Source: an uncultured virus (IMG/VR IMGVR_UViG_3300030012_002808) (Duplodnaviria > Heunggongvirae > Uroviricota > Caudoviricetes). Taken from it: 64,000 nucleotides of DNA. The DNA lies in IMG/VR virus record IMGVR_UViG_3300030012_002808. One strand, written 5' to 3'. The notes beneath the pieces are model-generated. The model made no database searches and had not been told where the DNA came from. It worked only from the letters and a program-made list of their open reading frames with translations. Both the position numbers and the translations under genes were made by a program. Position 1 is the first letter of the stretch. Each line of letters begins with the position of its first letter. Positions 7,561-15,941 of this stretch are shown piece after piece.

Positions 7561-7808
7561 TTTACAATAAACAAAATTCTGATATAAATTATCCAAAAGT
7601 AAAAGATGATGCACAGAGACTTATTAATGAGCATCTAAAATTTGATTCACCTTCTAAAAATGTAATAGGAGAAAAGTTAGAACCTAGAGAGGCTTTGCAA
7701 GCAGCAATTGTGACAGCTAAAGAGTTAGCTAGCGCTACTGCAAAAGCCCATTGGTATAAGGTTCTCACATATTTAGAAGATCAACAACAAATAAGATATG
7801 GCAGATAG
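7557..7808 (+). CDS. hypothetical protein
   Basis: 83 aa, overlaps both neighbours. Confidence 0.7.
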   Translation: MIYNKQNSDINYPKVKDDAQRLINEHLKFDSPSKNVIGEKLEPREALQAAIVTAKELASATAKAHWYKVLTYLEDQQQIRYGR

Positions 7809-8916
7809 AAATGAAATACAAGAAAAAGCTCTTAGAGCAACAGACAGTAAACAAAGATGTACTCTTGTTTTAGGTACTGGTGTTGGTAAGACATTAATTG
7901 GTTTAAAACATATTAAAGAGAATACTACTAGTTTGATGAAAGTACTAGTGGTAGCACCGAAGAAATCTATATTTACCTCTTGGCAAGATGATGCTAAAAA
8001 GTTTAATATGGAAAATTTACTAGATAGAGTTACATTTTCAACTTATTTAAGTTTAAATAAACATAACCCTAATGACTATCATGCAGTTTATCTTGATGAG
8101 TGTCATAGTTTACTAGATTCTCATAGAGGATTTTTACAATTATATAAAGGTAAAATACTAGGACTTACTGGTACACCACCCAAACGTAATTGGACTGAGA
8201 AAGGTAAAATGGTTAATGAATTCTGTCCTGTAGTATTTACTTTTAGAGCTGATGATGCTATTGAAAATGGTATACTTAATGATTATAGGATTATAGTTCA
8301 CGAGTTAGAATTATCTAATGAAAATACTTATCATGTAAAGACAAAAACAAAAGCTTTTCTAACAAGTGAACAAAAAAATTATAATTACTGGGGAACTAGA
8401 ATAGATACAGCTGCTGGTAACGTGCATATGTTACGAGTTATGAGAATGAAAGCTATGATGGAGTATCCTACTAAGGAAAAATATGCTCAATTATTATTTA
8501 ATGATATAGTTCTTCGTGATAATAAAGTTATATTATTTGCTAATACCCAGGAACAAGCTGATAGAATGTCTCCACATAGTTATCATAGTAATAATCCTGA
8601 GTCAGAAATAAATCTAGAAGACTTTAAAGCAGGTAGAGTAAATCATTTATCATGTGTACTTCAATTAAACGAAGGTGTAAACATTCCAAATCTAAGACAA
8701 GGAATTATTATGCATGCATATGGTAATGAAAGAAAAGCTGCTCAACGTATAGGACGTTTATTAAGACTTAATCCAGATGATCAAGCTATAGTACATATAT
8801 TATGTTATAAAAATACTATAGATGAAAAATGGGTTAAAGATGCTTTAGAGTTCTTTGATGACAGTAAGATTGAATGGAGAAACTTCTTAGTTTCTAGTGA
8901 TAAATTAGTATATTAA
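7798..8916 (+). CDS. superfamily 2 DExH helicase
   Basis: GTGVGKT, DECH, GLTGT, LNEGVNIP, QRIGRLLR. Confidence 0.92.
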   Translation: MADRNEIQEKALRATDSKQRCTLVLGTGVGKTLIGLKHIKENTTSLMKVLVVAPKKSIFTSWQDDAKKFNMENLLDRVTFSTYLSLNKHNPNDYHAVYLDECHSLLDSHRGFLQLYKGKILGLTGTPPKRNWTEKGKMVNEFCPVVFTFRADDAIENGILNDYRIIVHELELSNENTYHVKTKTKAFLTSEQKNYNYWGTRIDTAAGNVHMLRVMRMKAMMEYPTKEKYAQLLFNDIVLRDNKVILFANTQEQADRMSPHSYHSNNPESEINLEDFKAGRVNHLSCVLQLNEGVNIPNLRQGIIMHAYGNERKAAQRIGRLLRLNPDDQAIVHILCYKNTIDEKWVKDALEFFDDSKIEWRNFLVSSDKLVY

Positions 8917-8920
8917 TAAT

Positions 8921-9178
8921 ATGGAAGCTTTAACAAAAACACATAGTATAACTTTGTATAATGATGACAAGCTATCATTTGACTATGTAATGGGTTGTTT
9001 AATTATCCATTGCGGTCATACATTTGAGCAAGCTGAACAATGTGCTTTAGTAGTGCATCATAAAGGTAAATGTGACATCGTTTCAGGAGAATTTATGGAA
9101 ATGTTTAAACTACAAAACATTTTAAGTAAACTTGCTTTAAAAACTGAACTTAATACGTATGAAAGCAATTTGCATTGA
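8921..9178 (+). CDS. clpS: ClpS-like N-degron adaptor
   Basis: LYNDD..SFDYV..L...C.HT.EQAEQCA..VH.KGK, the Bacteroidota-type ClpS signature. Confidence 0.85.
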   Translation: MEALTKTHSITLYNDDKLSFDYVMGCLIIHCGHTFEQAEQCALVVHHKGKCDIVSGEFMEMFKLQNILSKLALKTELNTYESNLH

Positions 9179-9473
9179 TAGTAGTAACAAGCCTGAAGGT
9201 ATTTCAGAGTATGAATGGATTGAAGAGGGTGAAGTATATACCATTACTGAAGTTGTAGAAATGGCTTTACAAGATAATAAATTAGGTATAGCATTGGCAG
9301 AGGTTGAATTAACTTCTGCTTCTGCTCCTTATAAATATTATTCTCTTGAAAGATTTTTACTTGTTCCAGATACTATGGAGTTACGAATTAATACAAAAAT
9401 GCTTGAATCTGGAGAAGAATTAACAGAAAAAATGTTTGGTCCAGAGGATGCTGATCTAACAAATTCAATTTAA
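9159..9473 (+). CDS. hypothetical protein (SH3-like)
   Basis: MKAICID...EGEVYT...ERF pattern. Confidence 0.7.
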   Translation: MKAICIDSSNKPEGISEYEWIEEGEVYTITEVVEMALQDNKLGIALAEVELTSASAPYKYYSLERFLLVPDTMELRINTKMLESGEELTEKMFGPEDADLTNSI

Positions 9474-9486
9474 TTAAGGACATTTT

Positions 9487-9666
9487 ATGGGAGAACGTAT
9501 TTTCCAACTAGCAATGGTTGGTTTAGTGCTGTATTTTACAGCATCTCAGATATGTGCACTATACTTTTGGTATGTGTTTGCACAAGATCATGAGTTCATT
9601 GCAACATTATTTATTGGGCCATTTGTAGCAGAATTTAAAGGATTGCTATGGCCATTTTTTATATAG
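9487..9666 (+). CDS. small membrane protein (not in ORF track)
   Basis: 59 aa, hydrophobic, ends GLLWPFFI. Confidence 0.55.
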   Translation: MGERIFQLAMVGLVLYFTASQICALYFWYVFAQDHEFIATLFIGPFVAEFKGLLWPFFI

Positions 9667-9669
9667 AGT

Positions 9670-10146
9670 ATGAAAAATTACACAGATAAAGATGTATTAA
9701 AAGAACTTAAACTTTTAATTCCTAGAGTTAGAACAAGGAAAAGAAGTTATTTAGACAAGCGTAATTATATTATAGCCATCTTATATTATAAGTTTGATTA
9801 TACAGAAGAAAAAATATCAAATCTATTTAAATTAACTGCAGATCCTATAGAAAGATCTTCTATTTGTCCTGCTAAAAAACAACCAGGATACCATGTAAAA
9901 AATGGTAATATGCAGTTTTTACTGAATACACAAGATTTAGTAAAAAAGTTTCCTTTTGATCTTCCTGAAACAGTTGAAGATCATGATAGAAATTTAAGCG
10001 TGCCAGTTAGTATGAAATTTCATTTGCGCATAATTAATTATTGCAATAAGCATGGTTATGTGCAAAATCAAGGTATTAGAAAACTGTTAGATACAGCTCT
10101 TAAGATTGATGAAAGCGATTATAAAGTAAAGCTAGTAAAAGAATAG
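9670..10146 (+). CDS. hypothetical protein, possible HTH DNA-binding
   Basis: RKRSYLDKRNYII...YTEEKISNLF...RSSI is loosely like DnaA C-terminal HTH domains. Confidence 0.6.
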   Translation: MKNYTDKDVLKELKLLIPRVRTRKRSYLDKRNYIIAILYYKFDYTEEKISNLFKLTADPIERSSICPAKKQPGYHVKNGNMQFLLNTQDLVKKFPFDLPETVEDHDRNLSVPVSMKFHLRIINYCNKHGYVQNQGIRKLLDTALKIDESDYKVKLVKE

Positions 10147-10148
10147 AT

Positions 10149-10364
10149 ATGGGACATATGAAAAATTTATACATAGATATATGTAATGCAAATGATGGTG
10201 TTCTTCCCGAAGAACTTACCATAGAAGATGCAAATAGAATGCATGAGTGGCAAATATTTAATTGGACAGAGTATGTACAGAAACTTGATAAAGAAATCAA
10301 AGACAAAAAATTTGACATCGTCACTGATCAGAGAGAAAATAAGAAAGAAGAAGAATTATTCTAG
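10149..10364 (+). CDS. hypothetical protein
   Basis: 71 aa in operon. Confidence 0.65.
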   Translation: MGHMKNLYIDICNANDGVLPEELTIEDANRMHEWQIFNWTEYVQKLDKEIKDKKFDIVTDQRENKKEEELF

Positions 10365-10372
10365 AGTAAACA

Positions 10373-11215
10373 ATGAATGCGGAAATTAAGCATCAAAATA
10401 CTAAGACTCTAGTTACCAAAGACAATAATAATAGTGCAAACTGCATAGCTCCAAACCTAGTATATGGTTGTTTTGGGGGCTGTGTGGATACTTATTGTTA
10501 TATGTCTAGGTACAATGGTCATAGAGTATTTGTAAACGAGAATGTAGATGATATATTTAATTCTGTTGTAGAATGGGAGAAAGGTTTTACCAAGGTCCCT
10601 GATCAGCAGGATCCAGTATACACCATGGTAGATATTGCATGTAACACGGATTTAGTGCTAATGCAGCGTTATTTACCTGAGCCATTGATAGATTACCTTA
10701 AAAGATATGATAATCATCCTACCTTAAATTCAACTATGGCAACTAAGTATCCTAGTTTGTTGAAACTTGACGTCAAAAAGTTCAACAAAAAACCAAGAGT
10801 AAGAGTTAGTCTAATGCCACAGAGGTTTGCAGATGTGTTAGAACCTAAGATGCAGAAGGTTGCAAGAAGGATTCCTGAGATAAATAGACTCAAGGATCTT
10901 GGTTGGGAAGTGCACGTCAACTACAGTCCTCTTGTTTTCTACAAGAAATGGAAACAAGACTATAGTGAGTTATTTAAGATGGTAAAAGAGATAGCAGGAG
11001 AAAATAAATGTGAGGTAATTGCATTAACTAATCATGCTAGTCAAATGGCAAGATCTTCTGAAGCGGCCAGAGAATTAATGAGCCTTAGCTATGAAGTAAA
11101 AAATAGTTCAGGTGTCATGAGATATCCTTTGAAACATAAAACAAGGTTACTTGAGGAGTTTAAAGAACTATACTCACAGTACTTTGATTTAGACACAATA
11201 AGGTATATTTTCTAA
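10373..11215 (+). CDS. spore-photoproduct-lyase-family radical SAM protein
   Basis: GCFGGCVDTYCY cluster motif, IACNTD, ATK, RVRVSLMPQ, LEP, VHVNYSPL, terminal YIF. Confidence 0.8.
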   Translation: MNAEIKHQNTKTLVTKDNNNSANCIAPNLVYGCFGGCVDTYCYMSRYNGHRVFVNENVDDIFNSVVEWEKGFTKVPDQQDPVYTMVDIACNTDLVLMQRYLPEPLIDYLKRYDNHPTLNSTMATKYPSLLKLDVKKFNKKPRVRVSLMPQRFADVLEPKMQKVARRIPEINRLKDLGWEVHVNYSPLVFYKKWKQDYSELFKMVKEIAGENKCEVIALTNHASQMARSSEAARELMSLSYEVKNSSGVMRYPLKHKTRLLEEFKELYSQYFDLDTIRYIF

Positions 11216-11234
11216 GTATATTAAATATATTAAA

Positions 11235-11242
11235 TATATTTG
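11235..11242 (+). promoter_or_regulatory. Bacteroidota sigmaA -7 element (TAnnTTTG)
   Basis: TATATTTG ending 13 nt before the tRNA start. Confidence 0.55.
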
Positions 11243-11254
11243 AAAAGTAACCTT

Positions 11255-11328
11255 GCACCCATAGCTCAGATGGATAGAGCAACTGCCTTCTAAGCAGTAG
11301 GTCTTAGGTTCGACTCCTAATGGGTGTA
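11255..11328 (+). tRNA. tRNA-Arg(TCT), CCA not encoded
   Basis: GCACCCA/TGGGTGT acceptor stem, D-arm GCTC..GAGC, ACTGC-CTTCTAA-GCAGT anticodon arm, TTAGG-TTCGACT-CCTAA T-arm. Confidence 0.95.
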
Positions 11329-11330
11329 CT

Positions 11331-11626
11331 AAGGGTGTTACTCCACAACGGCAATGTTATATTAAGGTCTATGAAGCGTGGCAAGGCGGATTTAAGATTG
11401 AAGAAATAAGTAAATTTTAGATTGTCAAAGCCTGGGTAAAGCGTGGAGACAGATGAGCAACCCGCGGGGGAAATGGAGGCAAAGTGTATCTGACCTATTT
11501 GGTAATAGAATAGGCATAGAGCCGAATACACAGTATTATACTAACATGGAAGTAAACGTCTATGGAAAAAGATTTGTGAAAGCAACTAGGTGGAGGTAAG
11601 TGCTCTGGTATAATACTACCCTTTTT
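11331..11626 (+). ncRNA. ~290-nt multi-domain structured RNA, family unknown
   Basis: end-to-end stem AAGGGT/ACCCTT then U-tract; nested CTCCAC/GTGGAG, GGCAAT/ATTGTC, GTGTAT/ATACAC, CCTATTT/GAATAGG, AGTATTATAC/GTATAATACT; no + strand ORF in the track. Confidence 0.65.
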
Positions 11627-11647
11627 ATTAATAATTAAATTTAAAGT

Positions 11648-12076
11648 ATGAATAGACTATGGTATCCTAAAGACATGCTTAAGGGCAAGTCTAAAATTAA
11701 ATTAGATAATTTTGATCAAGATAAAGTAAAGTGTAGTGATATTTATGAAGACAAATTTAATGATGATAATTTAACTTTATCAGAGTTTATACTTAAGTCA
11801 GAGTCAAAAAAAAGAAATTGGCTTTTTTCACAGAGTCAATTACAAGATTTATATGTATTAAAAATGAACTCTCAAAGGGCTTTATGTCCTATATGTAATG
11901 GTTATCATACTCAAAATGATATAGATTTTTCTTCTGACCAAACATGTATGGGAGTTAAAATTGAAGGACATTTCAATTTGTTTGGAGGTAATTTTATTAT
12001 AATGCCTTCTCCAAATCAAGAGTATGCAAAAAATATTGTTGTTAATGGAGAAGTTCAAACTAAAATAATTAAATAA
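11648..12076 (+). CDS. hypothetical protein with CxxC motif
   Basis: 142 aa, CPICNG. Confidence 0.65.
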   Translation: MNRLWYPKDMLKGKSKIKLDNFDQDKVKCSDIYEDKFNDDNLTLSEFILKSESKKRNWLFSQSQLQDLYVLKMNSQRALCPICNGYHTQNDIDFSSDQTCMGVKIEGHFNLFGGNFIIMPSPNQEYAKNIVVNGEVQTKIIK

Positions 12077-12077
12077 G

Positions 12078-12173
12078 ATGGGAGCTAACATAGCAGATTG
12101 GAAAGAACATTGGGATCACTTTGATGTTGATCTTTATATAAGAATATTAACCGTAAAACAACAAAACCAATAA
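12078..12173 (+). CDS. very small hypothetical protein (not in ORF track)
   Basis: 31 aa MGANIADWKEHWDHFDVDLY..., fills the gap between neighbours. Confidence 0.45.
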   Translation: MGANIADWKEHWDHFDVDLYIRILTVKQQNQ

Positions 12174-12176
12174 GAT

Positions 12177-12365
12177 ATGGCAATAGAAAATGAAACATTT
12201 GCACAGTATAGAGAAAATAAGCGTCAAGAGCTTATTAATAGATTAGAATTTCATGAGCCAGGTAGTGATACAGAGCATGAGATTTGGATTGACCGTAGAA
12301 CAATGACTAAGTATATAGTTAAGGTTGAGATCAACAGAGACTTTGATAATATGGAAGAAGTATGA
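12177..12365 (+). CDS. hypothetical protein
   Basis: 62 aa, ATGA-coupled to the next gene. Confidence 0.65.
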   Translation: MAIENETFAQYRENKRQELINRLEFHEPGSDTEHEIWIDRRTMTKYIVKVEINRDFDNMEEV

Positions 12366-12577
12366 GTGAGATTAAAAAAGCAAGAGGTACAGAAGAAATT
12401 TTAATCTATCGTTTGTTAAATGAAATAAGATATACTAAAGAAGATATTGATTTGGATAAAATTATGGGTGAGATAATACATATAATGGAAAACAAAAACA
12501 AAATCACAAAGAAAAGTATATTTGATGCAAAAGAAATACTCAAAGAAATAAAAAACAAAGAAGATGAAGTGGAATAA
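12362..12577 (+). CDS. hypothetical protein
   Basis: 71 aa, coupled. Confidence 0.6.
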   Translation: MSEIKKARGTEEILIYRLLNEIRYTKEDIDLDKIMGEIIHIMENKNKITKKSIFDAKEILKEIKNKEDEVE

Positions 12578-12776
12578 AGGCAATAGAGAACTTTTAAGTG
12601 TCATTTTACATTTTGTACTTTGGGTAATTATGGGTCCTGTATTACAAGTTACATGTTGGTTAAATTTAGCTTATTTAATTGGCACTGAAAATGCTGACTT
12701 AATTAAGTATTTATTAACATGTACGGGTCTATTATATAGTCAAGGTGTACTTAATAAGGGATTTGGAGATGAGTAG
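12564..12776 (+). CDS. small membrane protein
   Basis: 70 aa, hydrophobic. Confidence 0.6.
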   Translation: MKWNKGNRELLSVILHFVLWVIMGPVLQVTCWLNLAYLIGTENADLIKYLLTCTGLLYSQGVLNKGFGDE

Positions 12777-12975
12777 GGTATTTAGAATTGTAGAAGCAAG
12801 ATGTGTTGATACTAATCTGTTAGAGAAACGTAAAGTTTATACTACTGATCAGCAGTATGAGACACGTGGTAAGAAGAGTATAGAGAAGCTCAGATTATTT
12901 TATAATGTTACAGTGACAACATTTACTTCTTGTGAAGAAGACACCGTTAAACACTTGAAAAGAAAAAAAAGATGA
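12769..12975 (+). CDS. hypothetical protein
   Basis: likely start ATG 12769 (MSRVFRIVEA) overlapping the upstream stop. Confidence 0.6.
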   Translation: MSRVFRIVEARCVDTNLLEKRKVYTTDQQYETRGKKSIEKLRLFYNVTVTTFTSCEEDTVKHLKRKKR

Positions 12976-13148
12976 AAGTAATAATTAAATACAATCCAGA
13001 ATATAAGACTGGAGTGAAAGTACATGAAGTTGAAAAAGCTGAAGATGCTTGGGATCTAATAGATGAAGCTAATCAAAGTTTTGGTCAAGGAATTATATTG
13101 ACCGACCAGGAGTTTGAGGAATTATTAAAACAAAACAAAGATGAATGA
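12972..13148 (+). CDS. hypothetical protein (not in ORF track)
   Basis: 58 aa MKVIIKYNPEY...QNKDE, coupled at both ends. Confidence 0.6.
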   Translation: MKVIIKYNPEYKTGVKVHEVEKAEDAWDLIDEANQSFGQGIILTDQEFEELLKQNKDE

Positions 13149-13491
13149 ATCAAATAAATTAATAGCAGAGTTTATGGGACTAATCATTAGGGATAAAGAA
13201 GGAAATCTACCTACATGTAGTCAGCAACATAAATTATTTGTTGCAGAAGAATGGGATAAATTATATCTAGTAAGTCCATTCTCACCTAATGGTCTAGACT
13301 ATCACAAGTCTTGGGATTACTTAATGACTGTAGTTGATAAGATAGAAAATATGGGATGTGAGGTAGTGATGACTAATGCAGAGTGTACTATATCGGGTGC
13401 TAATGATTACTATGTAAAAAGCATTGGTAAAAGCAGAATAGGTGCAACCTACCTAGCAGTAGTAGAATTTATAAAATCAAAACAAAGATGA
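13141..13491 (+). CDS. conserved phage hypothetical protein
   Basis: NKLIAEFMG...YHKSWDYLMTVVDKIE...ATYLAVVEFI, a pattern I recognise from Bacteroidota phage proteins. Confidence 0.7.
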   Translation: MNESNKLIAEFMGLIIRDKEGNLPTCSQQHKLFVAEEWDKLYLVSPFSPNGLDYHKSWDYLMTVVDKIENMGCEVVMTNAECTISGANDYYVKSIGKSRIGATYLAVVEFIKSKQR

Positions 13492-13733
13492 TTAGAATAT
13501 TATTAATAGCACTCTTATTAGTAGGGTGTGGAGATGAAATGGAAAAATCTTCGCGTTGGAAAGAAGATTGGTCAAAAGCTAAAGTTCTTGAAGTAGAAAG
13601 GTACATAGATGAATCAGGCTACCACCACAACAAAGTAACTACATTCATAATGGATGACCACAAGATTATAGTATATCATGGTAATTATGGCGGGCGTATG
13701 GTAGCAATACCTTTAAAAAACAAAGATGAGTAA
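13488..13733 (+). CDS. putative lipoprotein
   Basis: MIRILLIALLLVG-C signal peptide II. Confidence 0.7.
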   Translation: MIRILLIALLLVGCGDEMEKSSRWKEDWSKAKVLEVERYIDESGYHHNKVTTFIMDDHKIIVYHGNYGGRMVAIPLKNKDE

Positions 13734-13809
13734 AGCAGAATATATAGTAAAACGTATTTTCAATGTGTTTGGGTATAAAATAATGATTTTTAAAAAGTTA
13801 AAGAAATGA
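13726..13809 (+). CDS. very small hypothetical protein (not in ORF track)
   Basis: 27 aa MSKAEYIVKRIFNVFGYKIMIFKKLKK, coupled at both ends. Confidence 0.4.
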   Translation: MSKAEYIVKRIFNVFGYKIMIFKKLKK

Positions 13810-14039
13810 GTGGAGAAAAAACAGCACAAGAAAGAGCAGGATTTGCGACAGGTATATTAAATATTGCAATATTCCAAATGGGATGGAGTTTATTTAGAGA
13901 AGAAAGTTGGTTAACATATTTAGGATTTTTGCTAATGATATTTGCAGCAATAATGGCTTGGAAGTATATGAAACCTGGCAAGAATACAAAAGCTGATATT
14001 GAGATAGAAATAGGCAAAAAATTAAAAGAAGATGAGTAA
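13806..14039 (+). CDS. small two-TM membrane protein
   Basis: 77 aa, two hydrophobic helices. Confidence 0.65.
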   Translation: MSGEKTAQERAGFATGILNIAIFQMGWSLFREESWLTYLGFLLMIFAAIMAWKYMKPGKNTKADIEIEIGKKLKEDE

Positions 14040-14184
14040 ACACGAAATTTATATAAGTAGAAATAAAGTAAGTCTTCGTGGTATATGGGCTTGGCTTTTT
14101 ATAGGTCTATGTATACTAAAGTTTATTACATTAATACTATGGACTATTTCAGCAGTATTGAAAATGATAATATTATATATTTAA
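14032..14184 (+). CDS. small membrane protein (alternative to track ORF 14085-14276)
   Basis: starts at the junction ATG 14032; 50 aa with GIWAWLFIGLCILKFITLILW. Confidence 0.4.
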   Translation: MSKHEIYISRNKVSLRGIWAWLFIGLCILKFITLILWTISAVLKMIILYI

Positions 14185-14235
14185 AACAAGGTGTGAACCT
14201 GTATTTGAGAAACAAAAAGAAAAAAAATAAGTTTT

Positions 14236-14940
14236 ATGAACAAAGCAGAACTAGAATCAGTAGACGTAAGAACTAATGCACAATTAGAGTTAAAAGTAAC
14301 TAAAGAGGATGTGTTAAATGTATTATTGGAAAAGAAAGAAAATGAGCTTGTTGAAGCTATAGAAAAGTTGACTGTTATAAAAAATGAGAATGAAAAAAAC
14401 TCAAAACAAGTAATAAAAGATTTTATATTATCAATAGTAGGTAAAGAATTTACAGAACATAATCATTATTACAGTAGAAATGATCTTGAAAGCGCTATTA
14501 AATATGTTTGGGACGACCTAACTGGTTATGAATTTAATAACTATAGTGTTTATGATATTAGACACTTAAATAGTGTAAAGAATCCTACAAGAGTAAAAGA
14601 AAAGCAAATACATGCTTCAGTTCGTACTTATGAGATGAGTACTAGACCTGGTAATATTTTTTCATACCATTTAATAAAAGAAGTAGAAGATTTAGATGGA
14701 TGGTCAGGTACACTTGACAAAAGAGTAGAGCAAAAGCTAACAAAACAACAAATAAAAGATCTTAAAATAGCAATTAAAAAAGTAAATGCTTTTAATGAAG
14801 CTTATAAGAATGATCATATAGCTTTATCTACTCTTGAGTATGAGTTATTGACTTTAGATACTAACCGTGCATTTAGAAATAAACTTACTAAGACTATTAT
14901 TGCTAATGCAGATCTAACACAACTTTTATTAGACGCATAA
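14236..14940 (+). CDS. hypothetical coiled-coil protein
   Basis: 234-aa ORF. Confidence 0.75.
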   Translation: MNKAELESVDVRTNAQLELKVTKEDVLNVLLEKKENELVEAIEKLTVIKNENEKNSKQVIKDFILSIVGKEFTEHNHYYSRNDLESAIKYVWDDLTGYEFNNYSVYDIRHLNSVKNPTRVKEKQIHASVRTYEMSTRPGNIFSYHLIKEVEDLDGWSGTLDKRVEQKLTKQQIKDLKIAIKKVNAFNEAYKNDHIALSTLEYELLTLDTNRAFRNKLTKTIIANADLTQLLLDA

Positions 14941-14942
14941 TA

Positions 14943-15263
14943 ATGACAAAATCATGGACCGATAAGGACATGCTTGAATTTGCAAGAGTTGCATCTGGAG
15001 GATCCTATGGGGATTACAAAGGATGCAAGTCTTTGCAGTCAAAGCTAGAAAAATATAAACTTATGACTAAAGACTTAAATAAGCATAGACAAGTAAAAAG
15101 TGTAGATAGTAATACTAATACAGATATATACAGTGTAGACAATGAAATAGTTGCTATGCCAAACATTACTGCTTTAGTAATACATTTAATGAAAAAGTAT
15201 CCGAATGATGCTGAGTTTGGCAAACATGTTAGAGCAACAGTATTATCATGGAAAGAAGAATAA
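14943..15263 (+). CDS. hypothetical protein
   Basis: 106 aa, KKYPNDAEFGKHVR motif. Confidence 0.7.
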   Translation: MTKSWTDKDMLEFARVASGGSYGDYKGCKSLQSKLEKYKLMTKDLNKHRQVKSVDSNTNTDIYSVDNEIVAMPNITALVIHLMKKYPNDAEFGKHVRATVLSWKEE

Positions 15264-15670
15264 AGAATCTAGGTAAGAAGATTTTAAATGAACATTTTAA
15301 AATAACCAGTAATCCTGAAGCTAAGAATTCAAATATAATGTGGATGATGCATTTCTATAATGCTAACACGTCTAAAGCAGGAATGATTAAGCCATGGATG
15401 TTTTTAGTTGAAGCACATCTTTTGATGTATTTAGGTTACATGGATAAGTATGCTGTAGAAAATCTAGTTAATCTCATAAAGTCTCCAGATAAAGATAATT
15501 TATTTGTAGCTTCTCAAGTAGTTAAGTTTTATAGAAACTTAAGAATAAAAGAGCTTGGGGAGTTTGACAAAAAGAAATCTAAGTATAGAGAAGTTATACG
15601 TGATTATGATACTAAGATCTTAAATGCAGATCTGTGGAAACAATATAAAAAACTAAAAGCAAATGACTGA
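15248..15670 (+). CDS. hypothetical protein with SxDxDN motif
   Basis: 140 aa; NLVNLIKSPDKDNLFVASQVV. Confidence 0.7.
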   Translation: MERRIKNLGKKILNEHFKITSNPEAKNSNIMWMMHFYNANTSKAGMIKPWMFLVEAHLLMYLGYMDKYAVENLVNLIKSPDKDNLFVASQVVKFYRNLRIKELGEFDKKKSKYREVIRDYDTKILNADLWKQYKKLKAND

Positions 15671-15941
15671 ACAAGAACTAATGGATCTAGACTTTGAGAA
15701 AGTTATGGTCTATGATGAAGAGAGTGATAACGGTTATGATTATTATTACTTTCGTAAAAGACTTGGAGCTGGTATAATAATGGTGGGTGACACAACATTA
15801 AGCGGAAAGCTTCATGTAACTGTAGATGATATTACAGCTTTAGAAGTAAAAAATATAAACCTTGTAAAAGAATTAATAGATGTTTTCAGCAAAATTGAAA
15901 ATGAAGGACGGGAAGCTAGTGTATCCAAAGAAAATGGATAA
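15663..15941 (+). CDS. hypothetical protein
   Basis: 92 aa MTEQELMDLDFEK...YDYYYF. Confidence 0.7.
   Translation: MTEQELMDLDFEKVMVYDEESDNGYDYYYFRKRLGAGIIMVGDTTLSGKLHVTVDDITALEVKNINLVKELIDVFSKIENEGREASVSKENG

Noticed and set aside
11216..11242. Tandem TATATTAAA repeat as a replication origin
   Set aside because: Under three copies of a pure A/T 9-mer in an AT-rich genome; adequately explained as promoter context
11331..11626. RNase P RNA, tmRNA or self-splicing intron
   Set aside because: No GAGGAAAGTCC P4 motif, no terminal T-arm/CCA or tag ORF, no group I P7 or group II domain V consensus, and the adjacent tRNA is already complete
14085..14276. Track ORF of 63 aa
   Set aside because: The frame starting at the junction ATG 14032 fits the local coupling pattern better; a frameshifted remnant cannot be excluded
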